Below, one piece after another: positions 12,227 through 27,070 of a stretch of DNA of 64,000 bases. The DNA lies in the NCBI GenBank assembly GCA_951406725.2, contig OX597822.1, positions 70,122,001 through 70,186,000 of the forward strand, written 5' to 3'. Within the stretch, counting starts at the first letter, position 1; every line of letters starts with the position of its first letter. The notes below the pieces were generated by a model, which was given only the letters and a program-made list of their open reading frames with translations, had not been told where the DNA came from and ran no database searches. The position numbers and the translations under genes are program-made. The DNA comes from Octopus vulgaris. Taxonomy: Eukaryota.

Positions 12227-12274
<48 letters not shown>

Positions 12275-12325
12275 CCACATTAGATTATCCTGCGTGTGTG
12301 TTTGTGTGTGTGTGTGTGTGTGTGT
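12227..12325. repeat. (ACT)n and (GT)n microsatellites
   Basis: Read directly; source of the poly-T/S/L pseudo-ORFs. Confidence 0.95.
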
Positions 12326-12553
12326 TTCTCACTCTACTAGAGTCAAGATATCTTCTTTGTCTCATTCATTAAGATAACAATACACAAATTTTTGTTTACT
12401 ATCTGCTAAATAATTTCATTTAATGAGCTAGTTTTTTTTTGTCTTTATGAATACAAACTGTGTTGTGGAATATGTGTATCTGAAATATGACAAAAAGACA
12501 TAAATAACGTGCTTATGCAGGTGTGTGTGTGTGTGTCTATATATATATGTGTG

Positions 12554-12587
<34 letters not shown>

Positions 12588-13096
12588 TGCACACATGTAT
12601 AAACGTGTGTGTGTCTACATATGTATTGACATATGTGTGTACATGCAAAATTAGTTCATGGCTTTTTGATAAACAATTTTCTCTAAATTAAGTAAATTAG
12701 TGACTGTGTGTATGTCTGTATATGAATGCAAATATGTGTTTTGTATATCTCTGTGTTAGAAAGAGAAAGTTGAAAACCATGTGATTTCAACTTTTGTACA
12801 TACAAAATAAACTTGATTTATAGAAGATTGCTTATAAAAAGAAATATATATATATATAAAGTGAATAGTTAGATGAGATTGTTTGTATGTCATTATTCCA
12901 TTTCTGTAATAATGTTCTGTATTTATATCATCTTAATGCATCAGGTATTTATATGTTAATAGGACTTACAAAGATGTGTTTGTAAATATTCACATTAAAA
13001 CTTTGCTATAATCTGCAGTTTTTAACAGTTGTTGCATTAGTGTCATGCATTCGCTAAAATGTCTGTCAGACTCAGTAAAAATAACATCATGTAATA

Positions 13097-13162
<66 letters not shown>

Positions 13163-15749
13163 TGATAATGTTTAGTAGCCTTGTACTTAGAGATAAATAT
13201 ATTGAAATGTTGAGCCGGTATAATGAAGCTTTATTTTTTGGCATGAGTTGAAAATGTCAGAGACAGTTTTAATAACTCTTGCAAGCTCTGACATTAGGAA
13301 ATTTTATTTATTTATTTTTTTTAAATTGCCTTCTTTTTTTTTTTTTAAAACAAAGTTCAAAGTGATTGTAGAGAGACAAAAAAATGCATTGAAAGGTGTT
13401 TGATGGAAGCAGTATGTTATGACTTTTGCTGTATTGCAGCCTCTGTATTAAATCCTGGGCCTTCTTTGTTTTTTATTGTAGTGAATGATATATGCTGTAG
13501 TATCTTTATCGATTAGTGACGTAATTGCTGTGCTTGATGATGTTTTGCAGTATTTGCAAACAGTGCTAGTATAGTAGTGGAATGGTAGAGTTAATAAAAC
13601 ACTGAATTATAAGCATTGCACTGTTTAGTTCTTCCTCTGTGTTCTGGGTTCAAATTTCCTGTCAGTGTTGACTTTGTGTTTCATCTCTTTGATATTGATA
13701 AAATACGCATCAAACATATCGAGGTTAAATTAATTGACTGTATCTTTTGTTAATGTGAAGAATCTTTATTGAATTAGTAAAATAAGGAGAAGCCCGATAG
13801 CCTTAGAAATGGGTTTGTGGCAAATTTGTTTTACAGGGTTTACCTATTGGGTAGTTATTTTAGTTCTAGTTTAGTCTCATGTTTGCATCTGAGGTTTCTC
13901 TTTTCAAATAAGGGTGAGCTTTCTCAAGGTAGAGTAAATATTGTATCTTTATTGACTAGTGTTGCAATTGTTGTACTTGATGAGTTCTCACTTTGGGGTT
14001 TTATGTTTGAAATATGGACTGCTTTGGAGATAGTACTTGAAGGTTGCATGCTGTGCATGTTTTCTGGTGTTGGTTGTTTATGATGTAAAGTAATGATGAT
14101 GTGACTTTATTTTCTTGTGATAAGCTATGTTATGGATGTTGATGGTGTTAAATGTTATGAATTACTGTTATTAAATAGTAGAATGTGTTGGGTATGTAAA
14201 TATGTAAGGAGCTGTCATGGTTACAGGCTGATTGTAATTGGAGTGAGAGAGAGAGAGAGGGAGAATGTGAGGAGGTTATTGTTGCCTGAAAGGTCAAAGG
14301 TCCCATGATTTATAGGTCTTTGTGGGATTACCTAGTGTTTGTGAGGAAGCTTTAAAAGCCTCCATTTATGTATGACGCAATAAAACTGGTTGTTGGAATC
14401 TAATAATCTGGATGGTTATGTTGAGATGCACTCAAAGATCGGGGTTTGGTTAGATATTCATGTGATGCTCAATTAGAAGTATTTTGGATACCTGCAACAA
14501 CAAATTTATATATTCACTTTAGCAGCACTTTATTCTGATATAGAAGAAATGAGTAGCTTCTGTATCTGGTATTTTAGAATTCCTGTCTCGATGAGATAAA
14601 GTGTATGTCTTGCAGCAACAACAACAATAAAACAAAACAAAACAAAAAGATAATAATAGCTGGAATGCTGTTCAGAACAAATAAGTTTATTTGAACTGTA
14701 TGAGCAGTGTGCTGTGAATAGGCAGTTATTTTGTTGTTGGGATAAAACTAATCATTGGAAGATTTCGGAGAAGTTAATAAGATCATCTCCTACAAGGATG
14801 GAACAGGCTGATGGATGTTGGAGATAAAGTTATCTGCAGATCTGTCCAATGTGTATCAGTATGGAAAACAGATGTTAGACTAATTTTATGATGATGATGA
14901 TGATGATGATGGTGGTGGTGATGATCTATTTTCCATGAATCAATTTGTGCCAGTATATTTTTAATACCCTGATGTCTAGCTTTGATTGACAGAAAAGTTG
15001 AGATTGAATATGCTTCTACTGTTTCATTATTTTCTTTCTTTTTCTTTTTATATTTCATTATTAAAATGCGAATGAAGCTAGTTTTCAATTTCTGGTGAGG
15101 AATCATCATGATTGATTGGACTGTTAACCTCTTCTCTTCTGTCTCTATTTAAGAATTCATAAATTCTCCAATCAGATGTCATATTTTCCTCCATATTTGC
15201 ATTTTCGTGAATTAGGATTAAAGTCGAACTTCCTTTATCGAAATCACATGGTTTTCAACTTTTTGTCTAATGCAACAATGCTATTTTATTACAGGAATAG
15301 TTTATGGTATAAATCTTAGCTGGAGGAAATGCATGCATTTTGAGTACCCGTCAACAAGGCAGAAAGAATTTAGTGGGGTTGGCAAGTTTATTTTGTTTCT
15401 TTGGATGGGTCTTTTAAGTTACCAAATTGTGGGAGTGTCAGATCAAAATTCACCACTTGGCAAAGGAATTCAAATTATAAAATTGAATTGCAGTTATTCT
15501 ATATTATAAGATAAATATTGCTTTGAAATTTTGGCACTAAGTTCAGGGAGAGGGAGTAAGTCGACTACATTGACCTCAGGACTCAACTGATACTTATTTT
15601 ATCAACTGCAAAAGGATGAAAGGCATCAAGCGTGTAATTTAAAGGATTTCCCTTTCACAAGAGTTTCAATACTCTTCAATTTTAGAGTTGCCTGAAAGAT
15701 TGTGAAGCTTGAGTAGCAGTCAAATCCTCAATTTAAGTAACTATATCTT

Positions 15750-16425
15750 TTTATCTTTTACTTGTTTCAGTCATTGGACTGTGGCCATGCTGGGGCACCG
15801 TCTTGTTGGGTTTTAGTTGGACAGATCAACCATAGTCTAGTACTTATTCTATTGGTCATATTTTTACCAAACTATTAAGTTACCGAAAGGCAAACAACCC
15901 AACACACTTTTTCAAGTGATGGGCAGGGGAACAAGTACAAGTTCATGCATATATAAATATATAGTGGGCTTCTACACAGTCTCCATCTACTGAATTCACT
16001 CACAAGGCATTTGTTGGCCTGTAGTACAGTAGAACAGTGCTTCTCAAACTATCGGATGTGGCGTACTGGCAGTTTTTTTTTTTTTTTTACCAATGTGCCA
16101 GGTAGCGGTAATATTTCTTAGTAATATTAATTTATACCGGAAACAATATTCATAATGAAAATGATAAAAGTTGACAATTTTTTTTATCTTAAATTTATTT
16201 TGTAAACAAATAATACAATATTACATAAGCATTTTTTAATGTTTCTTTCTTTTCTGGAAACTCGCCGCATACTGGCAGCTGATGGCCTGTGGACTGGCTC
16301 CAGTCCACGGACCACCGCTTTGAGTAGCACTGCAGTAGAAGATGCTTGTTCATGGTGTCACATGGTGGGATTTTACCTGAAACTGCATGGTTGCAAAGCA
16401 AGCTTCTTAGCCACACAGCCATTCT
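15750..16425 (-). mobile_element. SINE family A interrupted by a hAT MITE
   Basis: Family A homology resumes colinearly on both sides of 16035-16332. Confidence 0.8.
16035..16332. mobile_element. hAT (Charlie-like) MITE
   Basis: TIR CAGTGCTTCTCAAA / TTTGAGTAGCACTG (13/14). Perfect 8-bp TSD CAGTAGAA at 16027-16034 and 16333-16340. Confidence 0.9.
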
Positions 16426-17690
16426 ATGTATTGAGTACTGTCTTTTCTCTTTTATTTACAAACTATAAAACACACACACACAAAAAACATACCATTTGAA
16501 TGTAACTGGACAAATGTTGAAAACAGTTTAGGTATCAACACAAAAGATTATTAAGCTCTTATTCACTCCTCTAATAATTAGTCTCACAAACGTAGACGTA
16601 TAGTTCTGCTAAGGAGTTATATATCTGTTTCTTGGAAAAATATTTTGCTTAAGGGAGGAAAGCAAAAATACATTCAAAATGTTTTTATTGAATTATTTCT
16701 TCTTTTTTTCTTCCCCTCCTTTTTAATGTCAATCAATTTCATATGGCAGTGATTTTATCTCTTTCTGTTTGCATCTTTTGTAATTGAAACATCTTTTACC
16801 TCTGTTTTTCCCATATTTTCATTGTATGCTTGACTAACTGTGCTAAACTCTAAAGCAAAAATGTCTATGTATTCTGAGAGGTGTCAGCTGTTTAAATATA
16901 TATGTATATATTTATTTATGTATGTATGTATGTAAGGTGTTTAATTATTTTCCATATTTCCCTTCAGCCTGTGGTGTTTTTATGGATCTGCTGACAGCAT
17001 ATGTCTAATTTTAAGTGTATTGGTTTTTGGGGTATCAATTTTTTTTTTTTTTACTCTTTTTGGTTTGATCTTTTGATGTGTATATATACTCCTTTAGTAG
17101 ATTGTGCAAAGCATGGGGTTTCAGCCAATGCTAACAGTTTGTCTGTAATTAGCTGAGCTTCAGTCTCTGCTGGCTTTAGCAACTTTTTCCAACATTAATA
17201 CATTCATGAATGTATTAGTACTTCTACCAACTTTGTTATTAATGTATATGAAATGACAACAGCTGAACTCCCTCTCTCTCTCTCCATCTGTCTGTCTCTG
17301 TCTCTCTGTCATGTGCGCGCACACACACACACACACACTCTCTCTCTCTCTCTCTCCCTCTGTATGTATTCATTGGTATTATTGATTATCATCTCTTAAA
17401 AATATTATATAATGTACAAGTGTTAGACTGGTGTGGACATCAGCCACAAAAGATGAGTAATTGCTATACTAGTACAGGTTGGTGACTACTGCTATTTTGA
17501 AGTAAACTGTACATATATCACCTACAAAATTGGACATTATTACTGCTTGGTAACAGCTCATAATATTGGTGGTGGGGTGGCAACCTAGATGAACCGCCAA
17601 TGTAGATGACATATTTAATCAAAATTGCGACTGACTGGTGATGTCTACTGTCTGTGTTGAATTTGGAACTAATATATATCTGCAAGCATA

Positions 17691-18320
17691 AGGCAGTGAG
17701 CTGGTAGAATTGTTATGGTGTCGAGCACCAATGCTTAGCAGCATTTCATCCATCTTTACATTCTGAGTTCAAATTCCGCTGAGGTTGACTTTACCTTTCA
17801 TCCTTTTGTAGTTGATAAAATAAGTACCAGTTGAGTCCTGGGGGTCAATGTAATCGACTTACTTCTTCCCCCTGAACTTGTGCCAAAATTTCAAAGCAAT
17901 ATTTATCTTCAGGCATGGCTGTGTGGTTAAGAAGCTTGCTTCCCAACCACATGGCTCTGGGTTCAATCCTACTGCATGGCACCCCTGGGAAAGTGTCTTC
18001 TACTATAGGCTCGGACCAATCAACGCCTTGTGAGTGGATTTCATATGTGGAAACTGAAAGAAGCTCATTGTATATGTGTGTGTGAGTGTTTGTATGTATT
18101 GTTGTGGAAGACTTCATATGATGGCGGTAAATGTGCATCATTATCATCATCATACACATGAGATTGTTCATTTTCAGTCTTCTGTGTGAAACATGTCCAG
18201 GCTATGGGAAAATATTAGCTTGCTAGGAAACAGATGAAGGTTGGCTACTGAAAGGGCATCTACCTGTTGAAAATCTGCCCCAATAAATTCTGCCTAGAAA
18301 AATGGTCATTAAATGATGAT
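17691..18320 (+). mobile_element. Family B SINE (17691-17900) abutting a family-A-headed SINE with an alternative tail (17910-18320)
   Basis: Homology to other copies. The alternative tail is also seen at about 24030-24265 and 11050-11250. Confidence 0.7.
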
Positions 18321-19505
18321 GAAAAAAATTGGAGGGATAACTAACTTAAAAAACAACATGAATCAAAATCATCTATTTATTATTGATACCTTATAATTAA
18401 ATAACTATTGTTAATTGGCAGACTCATTAGAGTGTCTGACAAATTCTTTGTGATATTTATTCTAGCTCTATGCATTTTGCCATGGTTACTGGTGCCATGG
18501 TGAAATTCCCTCAAGGTCACTTTTGCTTTTCGTCTTTATAGATACAACAGCAACAAAAAAGAACCTGTTAAATACTAGGTCACTTAATGCCTCCGAACTA
18601 GTTGATCACCACCTGGTTCATTATCCAAATGAGGATGCTGACCTATCCTCTAAGCCTGGGTAAAAAGAGGAGAGTTGAAACTAGGGCCTAGCCGTCATTT
18701 CTCATAACCAAAAAAAAAAAAATGATATCTACACAAAGGTAAATACAAATACATGCATGCACACATTCACACACTGAATGGGCTTCTTTCAGTTTCCACC
18801 TATCAAATCCACTCACAAAGCTTTTGTTGGCCTGGGGCTATAGTAGATGCTTTGGTTGGTTGCCATCGTTAGAAATCAGTAATAGTTATTATGCACTGAT
18901 TTAGTTTAATGGCCTCTATTATAATCGAGGCTTACCCTCTGTAGTTTCCCCACCTTATTTTTTTGTACAAACTAGCTGACTGAACCTTTTAAGTTCTGTA
19001 ACTTACTTTTCATTGTAAGACCATCATTCCTTAAACTCTACTGTAGTTATATCTTAAGCACATATGGAACATATTGTATTTAATAATACACTTCTCATAA
19101 TTGAAATTTTTCTCTGTTTTTGTTTTCTTTTTTTCATGAAAATTCCAACAACTGAAGAATAAATTCTATTTCATGATGTAAAAAGAAAAAAAAAGAGGAA
19201 AAATGTTATCTTAACCTGAAAATATATATGTTCATTTAATTATATTATTTAAGAAGAGCGAAATGAAAATATCATATATGGTAAATAAACTGTAAAACTA
19301 ATGTGAAGAAAATAAACAAACATGAGAGTGACTTGTGGAAAAATAGTGAATCTAAGTGATGAGTAAAAGTAAATATGTTATAATCAGGTCACAAAGAGCA
19401 TATTTTTTTATCATTCATTTATTATTTATAAGGACAGTGAACGGAGGATTGATTCTGGGATGATGGTTGCATATTCTATACATATTCAGTCAGATCCAGT
19501 TAGAG

Positions 19506-19780
19506 TAGTGGTTTCCAAAGTGGACAGTATTCAAGTGGGGCATTGAAGAAAAGCGGGACAATAACGAGGTGGCCAGAAGGGAGCAATGCATCTAGGAACA
19601 ACAAAAATAATGGGTTAATTAGGTTAAGTTTTATTTGTGAAATACAGTTGTTTTGAATTTGCTGCAGAAAGCGATCAATGTTTGTGATGGGTGGTGAGTA
19701 GGGGAGGGGGTGGGTGGCGCACTAGGATTGTGACCCAAGTGCCGAGGGGGCGGAAGCCCAAAGAATATTGGGAACCACTG
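19506..19780. mobile_element. hAT-like MITE
   Basis: TIR (T)AGTGGTTTCCAA / TTGGGAACCACTG; 8-bp TSD AGTTAGAG / AGCTAGAG. Confidence 0.8.
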
Positions 19781-21294
19781 AGCTAGAGTTTACTTTGCAT
19801 TTCATCTTTCTGTACGTGTCATGGGGTCAGTTAACCAAGAACCAGCAGTCAATGGGGTTGATCTAATCTGTCGTACTTTTTCTGAAAAGTTGTGGTGCTA
19901 TGCCTAATTTAGAAATTATTTATTTATTATTGTCCAATCTTTGCCAGCCTCTCTGTATGTGTGCATCTGCATGTGTTTGTGTGGTTAAGAAGTTCATTTT
20001 CCAACCACATAGTTCTGGGTTCAGCCCCACTGCATGGCATCTTGGGCAAGTGTCTGATAGAATATGTACCATACTTAAAACATTAAGTACTGGGGTCAAT
20101 TTGTTTGACTAAACCCTTCAAGGCAGTGCCCCAATATGACCACAATTCAGTGAGTAGTGGTGGTGGTGGTAGTAGTAGTAGTAGTATGGGATCATGTGTT
20201 GTAACGGTGCATTGCTGCTGTCACTATTTGTTGATGATTCCCTACTTCTGGTGGATGACATCTTTGCACCACTCTGCCAACAATCCTCCATCCCATGGAT
20301 CTGTCTGGGTATTCATTGCTTTTGAGGGTTTTACGAGGTCGGTGTGCAAATCCTACCTCAGCCTATTTAGTCACCTTTTACGACATGCAGAAGAAAAGTT
20401 GGGCCTGTTTTTTTTAACATGCTGGTCCCCACACAGTTCTAGAGCAACATGAAATGAATGCTTTGCTCAAGAATATGACACGCTGTCTGGTCGGAGAACT
20501 GAACCCACCCACAATCATTGTGAGTGCAATGCCCCAACCACTAGGTCATGTGCCTTCACAATGTAAAATATAAAAGGATATAGCTCAATTTACTTTTCTT
20601 CCTTCTTACCCTGCCCCATATAATCAGCCTTGTGTGCAATTAGAAAACATTGTCAATTCTTATATGGGTTAAATGAATATAGCAATGTGTTGTTTCTTTC
20701 ACAATAGTGGAAAACTATTCATGGGTGTAATATATGTATGAATACTGAAACAGCAACTTTATTGTTAGTAGTTTGTAATCAAATCTCTAAACTCAAATTT
20801 ATTTTCATTTGTAAAAGCTTTCAGGTTTATTTTTATCCAACCCATTCTAGTATCGGTAAATATTTCTTTAGGTCCACCCCCTTGCTAATGGTCGGTTTGT
20901 TGTGGTTTTCTTAATTTTGTAGTTCGCATATAATTAGTTGCACAAGTTAGTGAATGTTGTTTTAAGTTGTAATTCTGTTGTGGTCTTGTTTGTATACAGC
21001 GTTGATCTTGAAACAATCAAAAGGACTTCCAGAGGATTAACGTTTTGGTAATTCCTTTAAAAATATATTCTTAAAGGAAGAGAGTGGTTTTGATTGTAGA
21101 TTAAATATTGTGATTATTTTTTTCTAGTTGAGTTAGGCTAATCTCATTAAACTTTTTCAATTATTTGATGTCGTTTCCTCAAACAGAGGTTTTTACAATT
21201 GAATATTGAGTAATTATTTTAGTGGTGTTTTGAGAAATAATACTTCAGTTTGTTTTTCATTTCTGAGAACATTCAATAAACAAATAAATACTTT

Positions 21295-21690
21295 TCTGTT
21301 TTACCTTTTAAGTCATTGGGCTGTGGCCATGCTTAAGCACCATTTCTTAAAGGGCTTTAGACAAACATATCAATTCTAATACTTATTTTTTTTAAGTGTG
21401 GCACTCATTCTACCAGTTACTACTACTGAACTGCTAAATTATAGGAACATAAACAAACCAACTCTGGGGGACAAACATTAACACACATGTATGCATGAAT
21501 GTACACAAATGCATGCACATATGTGTATATATTCACATATACAAAATGTTTCCACACAATTTCTGTCTACCAATTCACAAGGTCAACCCTGAAGTATAGC
21601 AAAGGACACTTGCCCAAGGCACCATGCAGAGGAATTGAACCCAAAACCACATGGTTGCAAAGCAAGTTTCATAACCACACATCCATGCTT
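21295..21690 (-). mobile_element. SINE family A (diverged)
   Basis: Colinear homology to family A. Confidence 0.75.
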
Positions 21691-21797
21691 TCATCTCTAA
21701 GTATATATTTTAAATTTCCTGAAAAATACTATTTCACTATTGTCTATATTCATCGATGAGCCAAATTGTAAAGTGTTTAAGACTGTAGTTGATGTTT

Positions 21798-22165
21798 TAT
21801 TATTATTATTATTATGGAGTGAAAGAGCATTTGCATGCCATCAAAGTGACACTGGGGTAAAATATACAAAGCCCAGTATACCCATCATGACTACCCGTCT
21901 GATAAGGGTATACCAGGCACATGCATCACAACCACATGTGCGTGACATGGCGATCTCATATCAAGATTAACAATGCATGACCTTGCAGGTGGGGCCCAGT
22001 TAGAATTTTTTTCATGTCAAGTAGCCCATCCCATTCAAAAGGTCCCTGAATAAGAGTTGTTTAAAGATGTTGAACAAAACACCCATGTTTCCAAAGGTGA
22101 ATTATCCAAACCCCAAAGAATTCCTCTCAACACATGGCTATGATGCTCCCCCACTATCCTCCTCT
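21798..22165 (-). mobile_element. Probable retroposon of another family with a (TAA)n tail
   Basis: Sharp GC-richer block ending in (TAA)n on the minus strand. Single copy in this window. Confidence 0.45.
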
Positions 22166-24552
22166 TCCTCATCATCATCATCAGCAGCAGCAGCAGTGGC
22201 ATCAACAACAACAAAGTGGTGAGCTGGCAGAATAATTATTAATTCTGAGTTCAAATTCCGCTGAGGTTTATTTTGCCTTTCATTCCTTTGGGGTTGATAA
22301 AATAAGTTCCAGTTGAGCACTAGGGTTGATGTAATCGACTGGTCCCCTCTCCCAAAATTTCAGGCCTTTTGCCTTTAGTAGAAAGGATTATTATTATTAT
22401 TGTTACTGAGGGTGAATGGCCTAGTGCTTAGGGTGTTGTACCCATGACCACAAGACCGTGGTTTCAATTCCTAGACCGGGTGGTGCATCGTGTTCTTGAG
22501 CAAAACACTTCATCTCACTTTGCCCTGTGATCACTTTGACACCTGATGCATGGTACACCAATGCATCTGTTCAGGCAACGTTGAATTGTTGGAGAGCATG
22601 AGCTATAATGTACAGCACATACCTTTGATCACTATAAACATATCATTTGTACAGAATATTTGGCAAAAGCTGAGCACTCATACGTTGTCTTCGATGGGAG
22701 AGTCCATCATCATCATCATCACCATCATTACTGTGAATTTTTGTTGTTATAATTCCTGTTATAGAAATGGGTTCTGAGTTGTGCTGTATCAGATTTGTAT
22801 AATCAGTTAAGCAATAATGTATGTTATACAGTTTATTAATAAAAAAAATAGTTGTTTATAAACATTATTTGTATAAGATTCAAGACTGATTGTTATACCA
22901 TTGTATATATATATATAGTTATATTTGGAATCATAGGGCAATACTTATGTGAATTGCCTCGTATTTTATTAGTTGCCTTTGAGCCATCCCAATACATTTC
23001 CATTTATATCATAACCGTGTAGGTGGATTTATTTTTACAGTATCAAATGTCTTTTATATGTTGACATATACCACATACGTTTTTGTATTTATTCAGAATC
23101 AAATATTTTTAGTGAGATGCCCTAAAGCATGATGTGTATAAATTTAACTGGTCATATCAAAGAAATTTTTTTAAAATAAATGTGATGGCTATTTTAATGT
23201 AATACTGCTTCTGTTGCACAAAATGGGTTTTTATTCAGCTTGCTGGCTAATTGCAACATCAGTGATTTTTCAGTCTCCTTTTCCTAAATCAGTAGTAATG
23301 GATTTTTTCTTAGCTTACAGATGGTTGTGGAGGCACATGGTTTAGTGGTTGGGGTGTTGGACTCATAATCATAAAATTGTGGATTCGATTCCTGGTCCAG
23401 GCAATGCCTTGTGTTTTTGAGCAAAACACTTCATTTCATGTTGCTTGAGTTCACTCTGTTGTTACAAATGAATATTCCTCTAATTGAGGGAAAATTATAT
23501 ACACCAGAGAAACCAGGAAACTGACACTATATCGCTGATGGAGTCCAGTAAGGCAGAAATGTGCATCTAGTATCTTCACTGCCACTGCTGGATAATTTTC
23601 ACCTGCTACTGTTATATTTTAGTCATTTTAAACACAGTATGTCCATAAGAAATGTTATCTCCAAATGAACACCTCACTTAATTTGCCTTTTTGCAATATA
23701 TCTGCATTAAATTTGACATACAGATATCTAAATAAAGTTTTCTTATCAATTATTTATTTCAATGAAAATCCTATTAAGGGATAAGATCTAGCTGTTGACT
23801 AAGAATATCGATCTATAATTACTGATATCAAATTCAGTTTTCTTCTGTTTCAAATAGAGTAATTATTTGTAACTCAGATAAACTTTGACCAGTATTAGCC
23901 AATGCCATTTCTAACTTAATACTGCCAACAATTAAGAAGAAAATTCTCCCAGAAAGGATTAATTAATTAAATTATATATGGATGAGGATGCATGTGTGCA
24001 CGCATACATATATATGCATATGTATATGTTGGTATGTGTGTGTGTGTACCTTTGTCTTTGAATCGTGTGATGGTATGATGGTTGTAAATAAGTATCACCA
24101 TCATACAAGCAGTGTTGTTTATTTTCAGTCTTCAATGGAAAACATGTCTGGACACTGGGAAATATTACCTTGCTTGAGGGTAGGCAACAGGAAGGGCATC
24201 CAACTGTAGAAATTCCATCTGATCCATGCTTGCGTGGGGAAATGGATGTAAAATAATGATGATAATGATATTAATAGTCCAATCAATGCCAGCATGGAAA
24301 TTGTGGAGGTAAAATGATGATTGTGATTAGAAAATTAGATTTTCTTTTATCTTTGATGTAAAGATATAAGTTAATAAATGTACTGGTGCAGATGAGGCTG
24401 TGTGGTAAGAAGTTTGCTTCCTAACCACATGGTTCCAGGTTCAATCCCATTGCATGACACCTTGGGCAAGTCTCTTCTGCTATTGACTTAGGCCAACCAA
24501 AGTCTTGTGAGTGGCTTTAGTAGATGGAAACTGAAAGAAGCCTATCATATGT

Positions 24553-24585
<33 letters not shown>

Positions 24586-26183
24586 TTTACTGTCTCCTTC
24601 TGACTCATGCAAGCATGGAAAATTGGATATTATGATGCTGATGACTGAAGTCTGGCATCTTTTATTTGATTTATAAATGAGTGGTTAATGTTTACTTCTA
24701 TTTTCCTCATATTTGTAAAACTGGAAAGATTTTAAAGATGGGAAAGCTCCATATATTAATTAAAATTAGTTGACCTTTAGTGTATTTATTGTCAATTGGA
24801 ATAAAGCATTTGCCAAATGTTGAGCATTATCAATTAATTTAGTTTTTTAAGTGACAAGCTAATAGAAATATCATTTCCTTTTAATTAATTCTAACGATTT
24901 CTTTTTTAAAGCAATTCCTTCCATATTTGTTTCAATCACTATTATTTTTAGAAGAGTAATTGAAATAATTTCTATTGTACAAGTTTATCATTCTCCCTCA
25001 TCTAATATATCCATCATCACCATCACCACCACGTCTGCTGCCGCCTCCGCCACCGCTATCATTACCATCAATACTGCTGCTATTTTGCATCTACTTTCCA
25101 TGCTGGCATGTGTTGGATGGCTCATCATGGTCTGAGTCATTTATTTTTTTTATTATGGGAGCCACTGCTCTTGTAGACCAGTGCTTGTACATACTTTGGT
25201 TGGTTTCTATAGCTGGGTGCTCTTTGTCTCACCAGCTACTTTACAGAGGTGTATTGGGTGTATTTTCTCATAGAACCAATGCTTGAAATGTGATAGTCCT
25301 CAATAAAACAGGACTCGAAGAACCTTACAATCCTACACTTTCTCTGCTTATATGCCAACCGCTTTTCAGTGCACACAGGGGTCGTTTTTTTTTTGTGACA
25401 CCAGCTCTAGAGAGGTTGTCATGCTCATTGGTCCCTCTAGATGTGGTATGATTTGGTGAATTTTCATTATGGTACAAGCACAAGAGCAGTTGAGGAAGGT
25501 GCTTTGTACACAAGAAATGTAGATAGACACAGGCACAGTTGTGTAGCGAGAAGCTTTCTTCTCAACCACATAGTTCCCGGTTCAGTCTTACTGCATGGCA
25601 CCTTGGGCAAGTGTCTTCTACTTTAACCTCAGACCAACCAAAGCTTTGTGAGTGGATTTAATATATGGTGATGAGGCTGATGTGCTCCTCATGGGTTCAT
25701 GGGTGATGCAGAGATGGGAGATAGAGTGACACAAGACAAGTGGCATAAACAGAAAATTAGGGGTCAATTTGTCTAGTGTTTGCTTCTTTGATAGCTTTTT
25801 TGTGTCCCCTCTATGAGAAACAAAATATCGTGATCATCATCGTCATCATTATCATCATATGTCTGCTTTCCATGTTGGATGGGTCATTTCTTATTGGGAG
25901 CCACTGTTTCCTTAGATTGGTACTCCATATATGTCAGTTGACATGGTTTCTGTAGTGGGATGTCCTTCCTATTGCCAACCACTTTACAGAGTATAGCGAG
26001 TGTATTTTTTCATGGCACCAAGCACTAGAGTTGTTGACAAGCGTTTGTTGGGACAAGGCTGCAGAGACCTCACAATTCTACACTTTCCTCTGCGAGAGCG
26101 AGAGAGAGAAGGAGCAATGACAGCAGAAATGTGAGAAAGGCTAGGTGAAAGGGACAAGAGTAAATGTAAAGAATATTCAGTAA

Positions 26184-26220
<37 letters not shown>

Positions 26221-26591
26221 GCACACACACACACACACACATGAGTAATTTTTCAGTTTACGTTTGGCTGTTTTTATGAATGCTTGCACAATGAACCCCA
26301 TGCCACGTACTGGAAAAGCTATGGGTTATACACTACACAAAACAACATAGCACCTCAATTTCTTAAAGTATTTGTGGCTGCAATATTTGGCAGAGCAAAA
26401 CATTCAAATACTAATGACATGTAGAGAAATATAAATTTCCTTTTGTTTTCGTTTCTGTATTAAAATACTGGATCAAATATTTGTCCTCATTATCTAATAT
26501 GGAATGGAAATGGGAACACTGCACACTGATGGTAGTCCCACTTATATATTGTTCATTCCTTATTAAATATGATCTATTAAAATTAATATTA

Positions 26592-27061
26592 TTAACCCTT
26601 TTGTTACTGTATTTATTTTGAGATACTCTGTGTTTCTTTCAATTAATTATAAGTATAGCAAAGAATTTAGTAAAATAACTTAGCAATCATTAAGCTGGTA
26701 TTAGGAACATATATTGTGACTAAGATTTTAATTCAAAACTTATGAAAACAAGACATTTGTACTACAGAGCCAGAGGTGGTTTTAGTCAGGTTGGTATCAA
26801 AAGGGTTAAGATTTGTTTCTCTACTATAAATTTTAACCCTTTTGTTATCATATTTCTATTGAGATGCTCTGTGTTTCTTTCAATTAAATTTAAATATAAC
26901 AAAGAATTTAGTAAAATAACTTAGTTATCATTCAGCTGGTGTTAAGAACATAAACTGCGACTAAGGTTTGGTGGAAGATTTTAATTCAAAACTTATGAAA
27001 ACAAGACATTTGTACTACAGAACCAGAGGCAGTTTCAACTAGGTTGGTATCGAAAGGGTTA
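26592..27061 (+). mobile_element. piggyBac-like MITE tandem dimer
   Basis: Two units bounded by TTAACCCTTT...AAAGGGTTA(A), separated by a 23-bp spacer at 26810-26832. Confidence 0.85.
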
Positions 27062-27070
27062 CATATAGAT

